From NCBI GenBank assembly GCA_947450005.1, contig CANFTU010000001.1, forward strand, positions 1 through 54,529: a stretch of DNA of 54,529 nt. Direction: 5' to 3'. This stretch comes from Comamonadaceae bacterium (GTDB lineage: Bacteria > Pseudomonadota > Gammaproteobacteria > Burkholderiales > Burkholderiaceae_C). Positions 29,074 to 39,686 of the stretch are shown in pieces (position 1 is the first letter of the stretch; each line of letters begins with the position of its first letter). Below the pieces are notes generated by a model, which made no database searches, was not told the origin of the DNA, and saw only the letters and a program-made list of their open reading frames with translations. A program made the translations under genes and the position numbers.

Positions 29074-32000
29074 GTGAACTTCTCCTCGCTGTCGATCAAG
29101 CACCCGATTCCGGCCATCATGCTGTTCGCCTTGCTCAGCCTGGCGGGCTTGCTGTCCTTCCGTGGCAATGTGGTGCAGGATTTCCCGGACATCGAATTGC
29201 CCATGGTCACGGTGAGCGCCAGCTTGGCCGGTGCGGCCCCGGCGCAGCTGGAGACCGAGGTGGCCCGCAAAATTGAAGATGCGGTAGCCACGCTGGCCGG
29301 CGTCAAAAATGTGTACACCACGGTGCTGGACGGCAACGTGACGACCACGGTCGAATTTGTGCTGGAGAAGTCCATACCCGAGGCCGTGAACGATGTACGC
29401 GACGCGGTGGCCGGGGTGCGTGCCGACCTGCCGGGCGAGATGCGGGACCCCACGGTATCCAAGGCTTCCACGGCGGGGCGGGTGGTGCTGACCTATACCG
29501 CGCAGGCTGCGCCCGGCTCGAATTGGGATTCGCAGGCGGTGAGCTGGTTTGTGGACAACACCGTCTCTAAAAGGCTGCGGGCCGTGCGCGGCGTGGGCGC
29601 GGTCAAACGGGTGGGGGGCGTGAGCCGCGAGGTGCGTGTGGAGTTGCACCCGGACCAGATGGCGGCTTTGCGGGTGTCCGCGGTGGATGTGTCGCGGCGG
29701 CTCAAATCGGTGCAGCAGGATGCGCCCGGAGGACGCGGGGATGTCGGCGGCGCGGAGCAATCGGTGCGCACCATCGCCACTGTGCAAACTGCTGATGATC
29801 TGGCGCTTTTGGATATCCCCCTGGCTGACGGCCGCAGCGTGCGCCTGGGTGAGGTCGCCACGGTCACTGACACGGTCAGCGAGCCGCGTTCCCTGGCGAC
29901 CATCAACGGCCAGACGGTGGTGGGTTTTGAGGTCTTCCGTACCAAAGGCGCCGGCGAGCTCGATGTAGCGCGTGGCGCGCGCGCGGCGGTTGCCGAGTTA
30001 CAGGCCGCGCACCCGCAGGTGCTGCTCACGCAGGTGATCGACAACGCCCGCCCGGTGCAGGAAAACTTTGAAGGCTCTATGGAGCTGCTGTACGAAGGCG
30101 CCGGGTTGGCCGTTCTGGTGGTGCTGGTCTTTTTGCGCAACTGGCGCGCCACGTTGGTGGCGTGTGCGGCCTTGCCGCTGTCGGTCATTCCCACCTTTCT
30201 GGGTTTGCAGTACTTCGGCTACACGCTCAATACGGTGACGCTGTTGTCACTGGCCCTGGTGGTGGGTGTGCTGGTGGATGACGCGATTGTCGAGATTGAA
30301 AACATCGAACGCCATTTGCGCATGGGGAAATCACCCTACCAGGCGGCCATGGAAGCGGCGGAAGAAATCGGCATGGCGGTGATTGCCACCACATTTGCGC
30401 TGGTGGCGGTTTTTCTGCCTACCGCTTTCATGGGCGGCGTACCGGGCCTGTTCTTCAAGCAGTTTGGTTGGACCGCGGTGCTGGCCATTTTGGCGTCGCT
30501 GCTGGTGGCGCGTTTGCTCACACCCATGATGGCCGCCTACATTCTCCAGCCACATAAGGCCAGCGCGGAAGGCCAGGCCGATGACCCGGACGGGTGGGTG
30601 ATGCGCACGTATCTGGGCGTGATGCGCTGGTGCTTGCGCCACCGGCTGGTGACGGCTATCGGGGCGGGCTTGTTTTTTGTCGGATCGATTTCCCTCGTGC
30701 CCTTGTTGCCCACCGGCTTCGTGCCTGCGGCCGACCGCAACCAGACCCAGGTGACCATCGAGTTGCCTCCGGGCAGCACTCTGGCCGAGACGGCGCGCGC
30801 TACCGAGGCGGCGCGGCGTTTGATCATGGAAGTCCCGCACACGGTGGCGGTATTCGCCTCGGTGGGTGGCGGCTCCAGCGGTGACGCTTTTGCGCCCGGT
30901 GCAGCGGCCGAAGCGCGCCGCGCCGTGCTGACCATCACCACCGTGGCCCGCCAGCAGCGCCCTGAAAAAATGACCGACATCGACATCGCATTGCGTGCGC
31001 GCCTGGCGCAGCTGCCCGGTGTGCGCGTCAATGTGGGTCCGCCCGATACGGGCGTGAAGATGCAGCTGGTACTCAAAAGCGAAGATCCGCTCGCGCTGAT
31101 GGCTGCCGCGCAGCGGGCCGAGCGTGAACTGCGCACCATCCCCGGCGTGGGTAATGTGAGCTCCAGCGCATCGCTGGTGCGCCCCGAAATCATTGTGCGC
31201 CCCGACGCGGTTCGCGCGGCCGATTTGGGCGTCACCGCGCAGGCCATCGCCGAGACCGTGCGCGTGGCGACCGCCGGTGATTACGACACCGCTTTGTCCA
31301 AGCTCAACTTGTCGCAACGTCAGGTTCCGATTCTGGTCAAGTTGCCCGATGCGGTGCGCGCCGATCTGGCCACCTTGGAGCGCTTGACCGTGCCGGGCAA
31401 AAACGGCCCTGTGCTACTGGGCAGCGTAGCGAGCCTCAGCATGGAAAGCGGCCCTGCGCAAATCGGACGCTTGAACCGCAGCCGCAACGTGACGCTGGAT
31501 GTGGAGTTGGGTCGCCGCACTTTGGGTGAAGTCAACGCCGAAGCGCGGCAACTGCCCAGCCTGAAAAATCTGCCGCCCGGGGTGTCGATTGCCGAACTCG
31601 GCGATGCGCAGGAAATGCAGGCTTTGTTTGCCAGTTTCGGTATCGCCATGCTGATTGGCGTCCTGTGTATTTACGGCGTGCTGGTCTTGCTGTTCAACGA
31701 TTTCATGCAGCCGGTGACGATTCTGGCCGCGTTGCCGCTGAGCATTGGCGGGGCATTTATTTTGTTGCTCTTGACCGGTAAGGCCTTGTCCATGCCGACC
31801 ATGATCGGACTCATCATGCTGATGGGTATCGTCACCAAGAATTCCATCTTGCTGGTGGACTACGCCATTCTGGCGCGCCGTGCCGGGATGGACCGCTTTG
31901 AAGCGCTGGTCGACGCCTGCCACAAGCGCAGCCGTCCCATCGTGATGACCACCATCGCCATGGGTGCGGGCATGATGCCGCTGGCACTCGGCTGGGGCGC

Positions 32001-32166
32001 AGACCCGAGCTTCCGTTCGCCGATGGCCGTGGCGGTGATCGGCGGTCTGGTGACCTCCACCCTGTTGAGCTTGCTGGTGGTTCCTGCCGTCTTCACCTAT
32101 ATCGATGATGCCCAAAAGCTGTTCGGCAGGCTTATCGCATGGCTGCGCCGGGCGCGACCCGCCTGA
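29074..32166 (+). CDS. RND efflux permease subunit (AcrB/AcrD/AcrF family)
   Basis: GVLVDDAIVEIENI, KNSILLVD, RSRPIVMTT; GTG start assumed. Confidence 0.95.
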   Translation: MNFSSLSIKHPIPAIMLFALLSLAGLLSFRGNVVQDFPDIELPMVTVSASLAGAAPAQLETEVARKIEDAVATLAGVKNVYTTVLDGNVTTTVEFVLEKSIPEAVNDVRDAVAGVRADLPGEMRDPTVSKASTAGRVVLTYTAQAAPGSNWDSQAVSWFVDNTVSKRLRAVRGVGAVKRVGGVSREVRVELHPDQMAALRVSAVDVSRRLKSVQQDAPGGRGDVGGAEQSVRTIATVQTADDLALLDIPLADGRSVRLGEVATVTDTVSEPRSLATINGQTVVGFEVFRTKGAGELDVARGARAAVAELQAAHPQVLLTQVIDNARPVQENFEGSMELLYEGAGLAVLVVLVFLRNWRATLVACAALPLSVIPTFLGLQYFGYTLNTVTLLSLALVVGVLVDDAIVEIENIERHLRMGKSPYQAAMEAAEEIGMAVIATTFALVAVFLPTAFMGGVPGLFFKQFGWTAVLAILASLLVARLLTPMMAAYILQPHKASAEGQADDPDGWVMRTYLGVMRWCLRHRLVTAIGAGLFFVGSISLVPLLPTGFVPAADRNQTQVTIELPPGSTLAETARATEAARRLIMEVPHTVAVFASVGGGSSGDAFAPGAAAEARRAVLTITTVARQQRPEKMTDIDIALRARLAQLPGVRVNVGPPDTGVKMQLVLKSEDPLALMAAAQRAERELRTIPGVGNVSSSASLVRPEIIVRPDAVRAADLGVTAQAIAETVRVATAGDYDTALSKLNLSQRQVPILVKLPDAVRADLATLERLTVPGKNGPVLLGSVASLSMESGPAQIGRLNRSRNVTLDVELGRRTLGEVNAEARQLPSLKNLPPGVSIAELGDAQEMQALFASFGIAMLIGVLCIYGVLVLLFNDFMQPVTILAALPLSIGGAFILLLLTGKALSMPTMIGLIMLMGIVTKNSILLVDYAILARRAGMDRFEALVDACHKRSRPIVMTTIAMGAGMMPLALGWGADPSFRSPMAVAVIGGLVTSTLLSLLVVPAVFTYIDDAQKLFGRLIAWLRRARPA

Positions 32167-32179
32167 TCGCGTAAGCGGC

Positions 32180-33064
32180 TCAGCCTTTGGCGACCGGCCG
32201 CTGCGGGTCGCTGCACCACTCGCTCCAGCTGCCGGCAAACAGGGCGCTGGCCCCGAGCCCTGCGACTTGCATGGCCAGAATATTCGGAATGGCGCTGACG
32301 CCTGAGCCGCAGTGGTGGACTACCGTTGCCGCGTCCCGCTCTCCCAGCAAGGCGGAAAATTCGGCGCGCAGGGTCTCTGCGGGCTTGAATAAGCCGTCTT
32401 CCCCGATGTTCTGGTTAAAGGGCCGGTTCAGCGCGCCGGGGATGTGGCCGGCCACCGGGTCAAAGGGTTCGACCTCGCCACGAAAGCGCGCCGGCGCGCG
32501 GGCGTCAAGCACGGTTTGGCTGGCACGTCCGAGCTGGCTATGCACCGTGTTGGCATCCACCCAACTCAGCAGTGCGGCGTGGGCCGTAAAGGGTGTCGCC
32601 GCACGTGGCCCGGCCGCGCCGGACTCCACCGCGCCGCCTGCCGCCACCCAGGCCTGCCAGCCGCCGTTGAGCACCGCGACCGCGTCGTGGCCCAGCCATT
32701 TCAGCATCCACCACAAGCGCCCGCAATAGTTCATGCCGTGGCGGTCATAGACGACGGCTTGCATGCCGTTATGAAAGCCAACCTGGCCCAGCCAGCGGGC
32801 GAAGTCCTCGCGCGCCGGCAGCGGGTGGCGGCCGCCGTTCACGGCCTGGCCTGTGAACTGCGGGCTGTGTGTGCTCAGGTCGTCATGGAGGTCCGCGAAC
32901 ACGGCGCCGGCAATGTGGCTCGCATCGAAGAGCGCGCGTCCGGCGGCGGGTTGCGTGAGGTCGAAGCTGCAGTCAAAAACCATCAGCGGTGCGCCGCTGG
33001 TTTGCAGCACGCGCAATTGGTCCACGCTGATCAGGGTGGTGTAGGGCGTCATGTTGGCAGGCAT
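32180..33064 (-). CDS. Tandem-rhodanese sulfurtransferase (3-mercaptopyruvate sulfurtransferase-like)
   Basis: HIAGA, GGRHPLP, RLWWML, GHIPGA, CGSGVSA active-site loop, GSWSEW. Confidence 0.92.
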   Translation of the reverse strand: MPANMTPYTTLISVDQLRVLQTSGAPLMVFDCSFDLTQPAAGRALFDASHIAGAVFADLHDDLSTHSPQFTGQAVNGGRHPLPAREDFARWLGQVGFHNGMQAVVYDRHGMNYCGRLWWMLKWLGHDAVAVLNGGWQAWVAAGGAVESGAAGPRAATPFTAHAALLSWVDANTVHSQLGRASQTVLDARAPARFRGEVEPFDPVAGHIPGALNRPFNQNIGEDGLFKPAETLRAEFSALLGERDAATVVHHCGSGVSAIPNILAMQVAGLGASALFAGSWSEWCSDPQRPVAKG

Positions 33065-33102
33065 CGATAGGCTCCAGGCTTGCGTTGGTGTGGATGCGCA
33101 CT

Positions 33103-33990
33103 TTAGTGCGCTTCGGCCGGGGTGTCGGGCAGGGCGCGGGTGCGCAGATAGGTGGCAATCAGCCCGCTGGCCACAATCACCGCCATACCGGCCCAGCCCA
33201 GCGGCTCGATTTCCTCATCCATGAGGAGTGCGCCAAACAGCGCCGCAAACACAATCCCCGAGTACTGCATGCTGGCCACCACCAGCGTCGAGCCCTTGCG
33301 GTAGGCGCGCGTCATGGCCAGTTGCCCCAGCGACGCCAGAACACCGATGGGAATGATCCAGGCCGCTTCTTGCCAGCGGAGCTGCGTCCAGTCCGTGTGT
33401 TCGCCCAGCGGCAGGCTGATCGCCCCCACGGCAATCGTGCCCAGCGAAAAATAAAACACGGTGCGGGCCTCGGGTTCGCCGACTTTGCCCAGCGCCGTCA
33501 CCTGCATATACGCCAGCGCGGCGCTGATGCCCGAGAGCAAGCCGACCACGCCGGCGAACAACTGATCTTTCTCGATAGTGGGGTGCAGCGTCATCACCAC
33601 GCCGGCAAAGCCCATGAGCACCGTGGCCAGGAGCGCGCCTTGTTTTTCCTGTCCGCCGTAGAGCAGCGAGCCGCCCACAATGAATGCGGCAATCCAGACG
33701 CCGCTCATGTAATTGAGCGTCATGGCGGTTGCCACGGGTAGATGCGCGATGGCGTAGAACCAGGCCCCCAGCGAAGTCGCGCCGATGATGCTGCGGGTGA
33801 GATGCATGAGCGGCACCGGTGTGCGCCACGGCGTGCGCCGCACCCGAAGGACCACTGCCATAAACGCCAGACTTACCAGGCCACGGAAAAACACCAGTTC
33901 AAAGCTGCTGAAACTGGCGGATGCCAATTTGACACATACCGCCATGCCGGCAAACAAGAATGCCGCCAGCACCATCCATAAAGCTTGCAT
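33103..33990 (-). CDS. EamA/DMT family transporter
   Basis: About 10 TM segments in two EamA repeats; FFRG, QLAMTRAY. Confidence 0.9.
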   Translation of the reverse strand: MQALWMVLAAFLFAGMAVCVKLASASFSSFELVFFRGLVSLAFMAVVLRVRRTPWRTPVPLMHLTRSIIGATSLGAWFYAIAHLPVATAMTLNYMSGVWIAAFIVGGSLLYGGQEKQGALLATVLMGFAGVVMTLHPTIEKDQLFAGVVGLLSGISAALAYMQVTALGKVGEPEARTVFYFSLGTIAVGAISLPLGEHTDWTQLRWQEAAWIIPIGVLASLGQLAMTRAYRKGSTLVVASMQYSGIVFAALFGALLMDEEIEPLGWAGMAVIVASGLIATYLRTRALPDTPAEAH

Positions 33991-34008
33991 GCGGCGGAGC
34001 GGTCCTCT

Positions 34009-35154
34009 TTACAGGGCGTTGCCCATGGCCTTACGGTACCAGTCGTGGAAGTGCTGCATGCCGTCTTCCATGGGGCTTTGGTAGGGGCCGACCTCGTTGT
34101 CACCGCGCGCCAGCAACGCGGCGCGACCGGCGTCCATGCGTTCGGCGATCTCATCGTCTTCGATGCAGGTTTCCATGTATGCGGCGCGTTGCGCTTCGAC
34201 AAAGTCACGCTCGAACGCAGCGATTTCCTCGGGGTAATAAAACTCCACCATGTTCATGGTCTGGTTCACGCCCATGGGGTGCAAAGTGGACACCGTCAAC
34301 ACGTGCGGATACCACTCAACCATGATGTGCGGGTAGTAGGTGAGCCAGATGGCGCCGTATTTGGGTGGCTCGCCTCGGCGGTAGTTCAGCAGTTGCTGGT
34401 GCCAGCGCTCGTAGACCGGGCTGCCGGCTTTGCCCAGGCGGTTGGCGACACCCACCGTCTGCACCGAATACTGCGGACGGAATTCCCAGCGTAAATCGTC
34501 GCAGGTCACAAAGTTGCCAAGCCCGGGGTGAAACGGGCCTACGTGGTAATCCTCCAGATACACCTCGATAAAGGTTTTCCAGTTGTAGTTGCACTGGTGC
34601 ATTTCCACATGGTCCAGCACATAGCCGCTGAAATCCAGTTCGGCACGCGGACCCAACCCGGCCATGTCGGCGGCAACGTCACGCCCCCTGCCTTCGAAGA
34701 GCAGGCCATTCCACTCCTGCAACGGGTAGTTATTGAGATTCAGGCACGGGTCGGTGGCAAAGTGCGGCGCGCCGATCAATTGACCGCTCGGACACTGTGG
34801 ATTCACCCCGCTGTAGGTCCAGCGGTGCAAGGGGCACACGATATTGCCGCCGGCTGACGCTGCGCCCTGGCCCAGCAGCGAGCCGCGACCTTTGAGCATG
34901 AGCGCCTGGCGGTGGCGGCAGACGTTGGAGATGAGTTCGATCCCCTGGACATTGCGCACCAAGGCGCGTCCACCCTGTTCCTGCGGAAGGGCGTAGTAGT
35001 CGCCCAGCTCCGGCACGCTCAGCGCGTGGCCCACATAGCGCGGCCCGCTATGGAATATCTGCGCCATTTCGCGCGCATACAACGCAGCGTCGAAATAGCT
35101 GGATACCGGAAGTTGGCTGTGCGACTGCTGCAGCTGAAGACTTAAATCAGACAT
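34009..35154 (-). CDS. Rieske non-heme iron oxygenase alpha subunit (candidate putrescine 2-hydroxylase)
   Basis: CRH..CPLH Rieske ligands; NWK..EDYHVGPFH..ED mononuclear Fe site. Substrate is inferred. Confidence 0.85.
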   Translation of the reverse strand: MSDLSLQLQQSHSQLPVSSYFDAALYAREMAQIFHSGPRYVGHALSVPELGDYYALPQEQGGRALVRNVQGIELISNVCRHRQALMLKGRGSLLGQGAASAGGNIVCPLHRWTYSGVNPQCPSGQLIGAPHFATDPCLNLNNYPLQEWNGLLFEGRGRDVAADMAGLGPRAELDFSGYVLDHVEMHQCNYNWKTFIEVYLEDYHVGPFHPGLGNFVTCDDLRWEFRPQYSVQTVGVANRLGKAGSPVYERWHQQLLNYRRGEPPKYGAIWLTYYPHIMVEWYPHVLTVSTLHPMGVNQTMNMVEFYYPEEIAAFERDFVEAQRAAYMETCIEDDEIAERMDAGRAALLARGDNEVGPYQSPMEDGMQHFHDWYRKAMGNAL

Positions 35155-35353
35155 GGTGGACCTGACCTAAAGACTCCCCACAGGGGGATGGCCCTTGAGG
35201 ACCGTGGGACGGAGCCGATGCGGCAAACCCTGCCGGTCGGAGCGAAGGGCGCGATTGTACGCCCCGGCTTCTGCGGGGGCCGCACCGTAAAATGCCCGGC
35301 CCGCTGCAAGCCTTCGTGCCATACCCGCAGCCTCTCACATTTTTCAACTGCCC

Positions 35354-35602
35354 ATGCCCAAACCCAGCACCGCAGCGCTTCCAACGGATGCCGCCCTACC
35401 GGCGAACTACGAAGTGGCGCTGCAAGAACTTGAAGCCTTGATCGCCCGCATGGACGCCGGCGAGCTGCCGCTGGATGCGTTGCTGGTGAGCTACCAGCGC
35501 GGCGCTGTGTTGCTGCAGTTTTGCCGTGACAAATTGCAGGCAGTGGAAGACCAGGTCAAGGTACTCGAAGACGGCGTGCTCAAGCCTTGGAAAACGCCCT
35601 GA
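35354..35602 (+). CDS. xseB: Exodeoxyribonuclease VII small subunit
   Basis: [23 protein letters not shown]; xseB-ispA-dxs synteny. Confidence 0.93.
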   Translation: MPKPSTAALPTDAALPANYEVALQELEALIARMDAGELPLDALLVSYQRGAVLLQFCRDKLQAVEDQVKVLEDGVLKPWKTP

Positions 35603-36534
35603 TGTCCGGTAGCGCCGAATTTTCTTTTGCGCCCTGGATGGCCGCCGCGCTCAGCCAGGTGGAGCAGGCCCTGGAGCGCTGGGTGGTCGCCCCGCAATTG
35701 ACCCAGCTGGCTCCCGACTTGCCGCGCGCCATGCGCTATGCAGTGCTCGATGGCGGCAAGCGCTTGCGCCCACTATTGGTGTTGGCCGCGCACGAGGCCT
35801 GTGCCACCCAAGCCGGCGCGTCCAACCAAGCCGCGCAGGCGGCTTTGCGTGCGGCCTGCGCGGTCGAACTCATCCACGCTTACTCCCTGGTGCACGACGA
35901 CATGCCCTGCATGGATAACGACGTCTTGCGCCGTGGCAAGCCCACCGTGCACGTGGAATTCGGGCAGGCCACGGCTTTGCTGGCGGGCGACGCCTTGCAG
36001 GCCTTGGCTTTTGAATTGCTAACCCCGGCCGAGACAGATATCGATCCGCTGATCCAAGCCCGCTTGTGCGCCCAGTTGGCGCGCGCGGCAGGTCATGGTG
36101 GGATGGCCGGTGGCCAGGCGATTGATCTGGCCCATGTGGGGCGCAGTCTGAAGCGGACGGAGCTGCAGCGCATGCATGAACTCAAAACCGGCGCTCTGCT
36201 GCAATGCAGTGTGGTGTTGGGTGCGCTGTGTGGCGCAGCCGATGCGCAAGCCCTGTGCGGTCTGAACGCTTATGGTGCTGCAATCGGCCTGGCCTTTCAA
36301 GTGGTGGACGATGTACTGGACGTGACCGCCGATTCGGCAACCTTGGGGAAGACCGCCGGCAAAGATGCTGATGCCAACAAGCCAACCTACGTCAGCACGA
36401 TGGGCCTGGAGGCCAGCCAGCGCTACGCCCACACCCTTTTGGCGCAGGCGGAACAATCGTTGCGCGACAGCGGTCTGCGTGAGACCCGCGCCTTGCAGGC
36501 CCTGGCCCGCATGGTGGTTGATCGCGCACACTGA
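35602..36534 (+). CDS. ispA: Farnesyl diphosphate synthase / geranyltranstransferase
   Basis: [37 protein letters not shown]. Confidence 0.93.
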   Translation: MSGSAEFSFAPWMAAALSQVEQALERWVVAPQLTQLAPDLPRAMRYAVLDGGKRLRPLLVLAAHEACATQAGASNQAAQAALRAACAVELIHAYSLVHDDMPCMDNDVLRRGKPTVHVEFGQATALLAGDALQALAFELLTPAETDIDPLIQARLCAQLARAAGHGGMAGGQAIDLAHVGRSLKRTELQRMHELKTGALLQCSVVLGALCGAADAQALCGLNAYGAAIGLAFQVVDDVLDVTADSATLGKTAGKDADANKPTYVSTMGLEASQRYAHTLLAQAEQSLRDSGLRETRALQALARMVVDRAH

Positions 36535-36551
36535 ACCCACCGCAGGAATTT

Positions 36552-38420
36552 ATGCAAACCCATCCCGCAGGGCCGCGTCTGGCCGACATCGATTCACCTG
36601 CCACCCTGCGCAGCTACCCGCGCCATGCCTTGCCGGCGCTGGCTGCCGAGCTGCGCGACTATCTCTTGCACAGCGTGGCCTCCACCGGAGGACATCTGAG
36701 TTCCAACCTGGGTACGGTGGAACTCACGCTGGCGCTGCATTACGTCTTCAACACCCCGCAAGACCGCATCGTCTGGGACGTCGGCCACCAGACCTACCCG
36801 CACAAAATCATCACCGGCCGGCGCGAGCGTATGGCGACTTTGCGGCAGTGGGGGGGCTTGAGCGGCTTTCCGCAGCGCGCAGAAAGCGTTTTTGACACCT
36901 TTGGTACCGCGCATTCCAGCACCTCGATCTCCGCGGCTCTGGGTATGGCCATGGCCGCGCGCATCAAGGGCGAAGACTTCCATTCCATTGCCGTGATTGG
37001 CGACGGCGCGCTGACCGCCGGTATGGCGTTTGAAGCGCTGAACAATGCCGGCGTGCAAGACGGCAAGCTGCTGGTGATCTTGAACGACAACGACATGAGC
37101 ATCAGCCCGCCGGTGGGTGCGCTCAACCGGTATCTCGCGCAGCTGATGAGCGGACAGTTTTACGCCCAAGCCAAGAACGTGGGAAAGGGCCTGCTCAAAG
37201 GCGCCCCTCCGCTGTTCGAACTCGCCAAGCGGATCGAAGAGCAGGCCAAAGGCATGCTGGTTCCGGCCACGCTGTTTGAGAAGTTCGGCTTCAACTACAT
37301 CGGCCCGATCGACGGGCACGACCTCGACTCGCTGATCCCCACGCTGGAAAACATCAAGCACCTCAGCGGCCCGCAGTTTCTGCATGTAGTCACCAAAAAA
37401 GGCAAGGGCTATGAGCGCGCCGAGGATGACCCGGTGGCCTACCACGGCCCGGGTAAATTTGATCCGGCAGTGGGCTTGCAAAAGCCGGCGGCCGCGCCCA
37501 AGACCACGTTTACGCAGGTCTTCGGCAATTGGCTGTGCGATATGGCCGCCAAGGATGCGCGCTTGGTGGGCATCACCCCGGCCATGCGTGAAGGTTCCGG
37601 CATGGTCGAGTTTGAGCGGCGTTTTCCGCAGCGCTACTTTGACGTGGGCATTGCGGAGCAACATGCGGTGACGTTTGCCGCCGGCCTTGCGTGCGAAGGC
37701 ATGAAACCGGTGGTCGCGATTTACTCCACCTTTTTGCAACGCGCCTACGACCAGATGATCCATGACGTGGCGATCCAGAATCTGCCTGTGGTGTTTGCGC
37801 TGGACCGTGCCGGTTTGGTTGGGGCTGACGGCGCGACCCATGCCGGTGCGTATGACATTCCGTTTATCCGCTGCATCCCCAACATGAGTCTGGCCTGCCC
37901 GGCCGATGAGAATGAGTGCCGCCAGCTGCTCAGCACCGCGTTCGCGCAAAACCACCCGGTGGCGGTGCGTTATCCGCGTGGCGCGGGGGCCGGCGTCGCG
38001 GTGACCGGGAGCCTAGAAGGCTTGCCGTTTGGCAAGGGTGATATCCGTATGCAGGGCCAGCGCATCGCGATTCTGGCCTTCGGTACCTTGCTGCAAGCAG
38101 CACTCGCCGCGGGACACGAATTGGGCGCGACCGTGGTGAATATGCGCTGGGTCAAGCCCTTGGATACCGAACTGTTGTTGCAGGTCGCCCGCAGCCACCA
38201 GGCCTTGGTGACGCTGGAGGAGGGCGCCATCATGGGCGGGGCGGGCAGCGCGGTCATGGAGGCACTGCAGGCGGCGGGTCTGAACCTGCCGGTTTTGCAA
38301 TTGGGTTTGCCGGACGTTTTTATTGACCACGGCGACCCCGTCAAGCTGCTGGCTGCGCAGGGCTTGGACGCAGCGGGCATTCTGCAGTCCGTCAAAACCC
38401 GCTTTCCAGCGCCGCACTAG
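36552..38420 (+). CDS. dxs: 1-deoxy-D-xylulose-5-phosphate synthase
   Basis: [43 protein letters not shown]. Confidence 0.98.
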   Translation: MQTHPAGPRLADIDSPATLRSYPRHALPALAAELRDYLLHSVASTGGHLSSNLGTVELTLALHYVFNTPQDRIVWDVGHQTYPHKIITGRRERMATLRQWGGLSGFPQRAESVFDTFGTAHSSTSISAALGMAMAARIKGEDFHSIAVIGDGALTAGMAFEALNNAGVQDGKLLVILNDNDMSISPPVGALNRYLAQLMSGQFYAQAKNVGKGLLKGAPPLFELAKRIEEQAKGMLVPATLFEKFGFNYIGPIDGHDLDSLIPTLENIKHLSGPQFLHVVTKKGKGYERAEDDPVAYHGPGKFDPAVGLQKPAAAPKTTFTQVFGNWLCDMAAKDARLVGITPAMREGSGMVEFERRFPQRYFDVGIAEQHAVTFAAGLACEGMKPVVAIYSTFLQRAYDQMIHDVAIQNLPVVFALDRAGLVGADGATHAGAYDIPFIRCIPNMSLACPADENECRQLLSTAFAQNHPVAVRYPRGAGAGVAVTGSLEGLPFGKGDIRMQGQRIAILAFGTLLQAALAAGHELGATVVNMRWVKPLDTELLLQVARSHQALVTLEEGAIMGGAGSAVMEALQAAGLNLPVLQLGLPDVFIDHGDPVKLLAAQGLDAAGILQSVKTRFPAPH

Positions 38421-38549
38421 CCGCGATTTCGGGGGAAAACCCCTGCCAACCGGCGCGAATCCCTTCCTACAATGGCTGGGCTGCGGTCGGGGGCGCTGCA
38501 CGTGCAGAGACCCGGCACCCTGGCGTTTTCAACACTTGAGGAGCAATCT

Positions 38550-39629
38550 ATGGATCGTCGTTCGGTTATCAGAAACGCTGGCCTGGCCGGTGTGCTCGCG
38601 GCAGGGGTGGCCCCCGCTGTTCATGCGCAGGCCACTTTGCGCTGGCGCTGTGCCTCCAGTTTCCCCAAGTCTTTGGACACCTTGTTTGGTGTGTGCGACG
38701 TGTTCGCCAAAAAAGTGGGCGAACTCTCCGGCGGAAAATTCACCATCACCACCCACGCGGCGGGCGAGCTGATGCCGGCGTTCGGTGTGTTGGACGGCGT
38801 GTCCAACGGAACCATCGAGATGGCCAACACGGCGTCTTACTATTTCTTCGGCAAAGACCCCACGTACGCACTGGATTGCGCGATTCCCTTCGGCTTGAAT
38901 AGCCGCCAGATGACAGCCTGGGTGTACGAGGGCAATGGCATGAAGCTGCTGCGCGAACACTTCGGCAAAGTCGGCATCGTTAACTTCGCCATGGGTAATA
39001 CCGGTGTGCAAATGGGCGGCTGGTTCCGCAAAGAGGTCAACTCGGTTGCGGATCTCAAAGGCTTGAAGTTCCGTTGCGGCGGATTTGCCGGCCGCGTGCT
39101 GGAGCGTTTGGGCGTGATTCCCCAGAATATTCCGGGCGGTGAGATTTACCAGGCGCTGGAAAAAGGCACGATTGACGCCGCCGAGTGGGTCGGGCCCTAT
39201 GACGACTTGAAGCTGGGCTTGAACAAGGTCGCTCAGCACTACTACTACCCCGGCTTTTGGGAAGTGGGCCCGCAGTTGTCCCTGTACGTCAACCAAAAGG
39301 CGTTTGAAGGGTTGTCTTCCGAGTACAAAGCCATCGTCGAGTGCGCTGCGGCGTTTGCCCACACCGATATGCAGGCCAAGTACGACGCACGCAATATGCC
39401 GGCGCTCAAAACGCTGTTGGGCCAGGGCGCCAAACTGCACGCTTTCCCCAAAGACGTGATGAATGCGGCGTTCAAATCAGCCATGGACGTCTATGCCGAG
39501 CTGAACGACACTAACCCGGCATGGAAAAAAATCTACAGCGATTACGCCGCGTTCCGCAAAGAAAGCAATTTGTGGTTCAACCTGGCCGAAGCGTCAATGG
39601 ATGATTTCATGCAATCGCAAAAGTTCTGA
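38550..39629 (+). CDS. TRAP transporter solute-binding protein (TakP-like, Tat signal)
   Basis: MDRRSVIR Tat leader, QMGGWFRKE, IDAAEWVGPYDD, YYYPGFWE; GAGGAG SD. Confidence 0.93.
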   Translation: MDRRSVIRNAGLAGVLAAGVAPAVHAQATLRWRCASSFPKSLDTLFGVCDVFAKKVGELSGGKFTITTHAAGELMPAFGVLDGVSNGTIEMANTASYYFFGKDPTYALDCAIPFGLNSRQMTAWVYEGNGMKLLREHFGKVGIVNFAMGNTGVQMGGWFRKEVNSVADLKGLKFRCGGFAGRVLERLGVIPQNIPGGEIYQALEKGTIDAAEWVGPYDDLKLGLNKVAQHYYYPGFWEVGPQLSLYVNQKAFEGLSSEYKAIVECAAAFAHTDMQAKYDARNMPALKTLLGQGAKLHAFPKDVMNAAFKSAMDVYAELNDTNPAWKKIYSDYAAFRKESNLWFNLAEASMDDFMQSQKF

Positions 39630-39641
39630 ACCAGCCGATTG

Positions 39642-39681
39642 GCCATCAAAAAACCCCGCCTTGGCGGGGTTTTTTGATGGC
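39642..39681. terminator. Bidirectional intrinsic terminator
   Basis: GCCATCAAAAAACCCCGCC-tt-GGCGGGGTTTTTTGATGGC perfect inverted repeat between convergent genes. Confidence 0.93.
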
Positions 39682-39686
39682 GGGGG

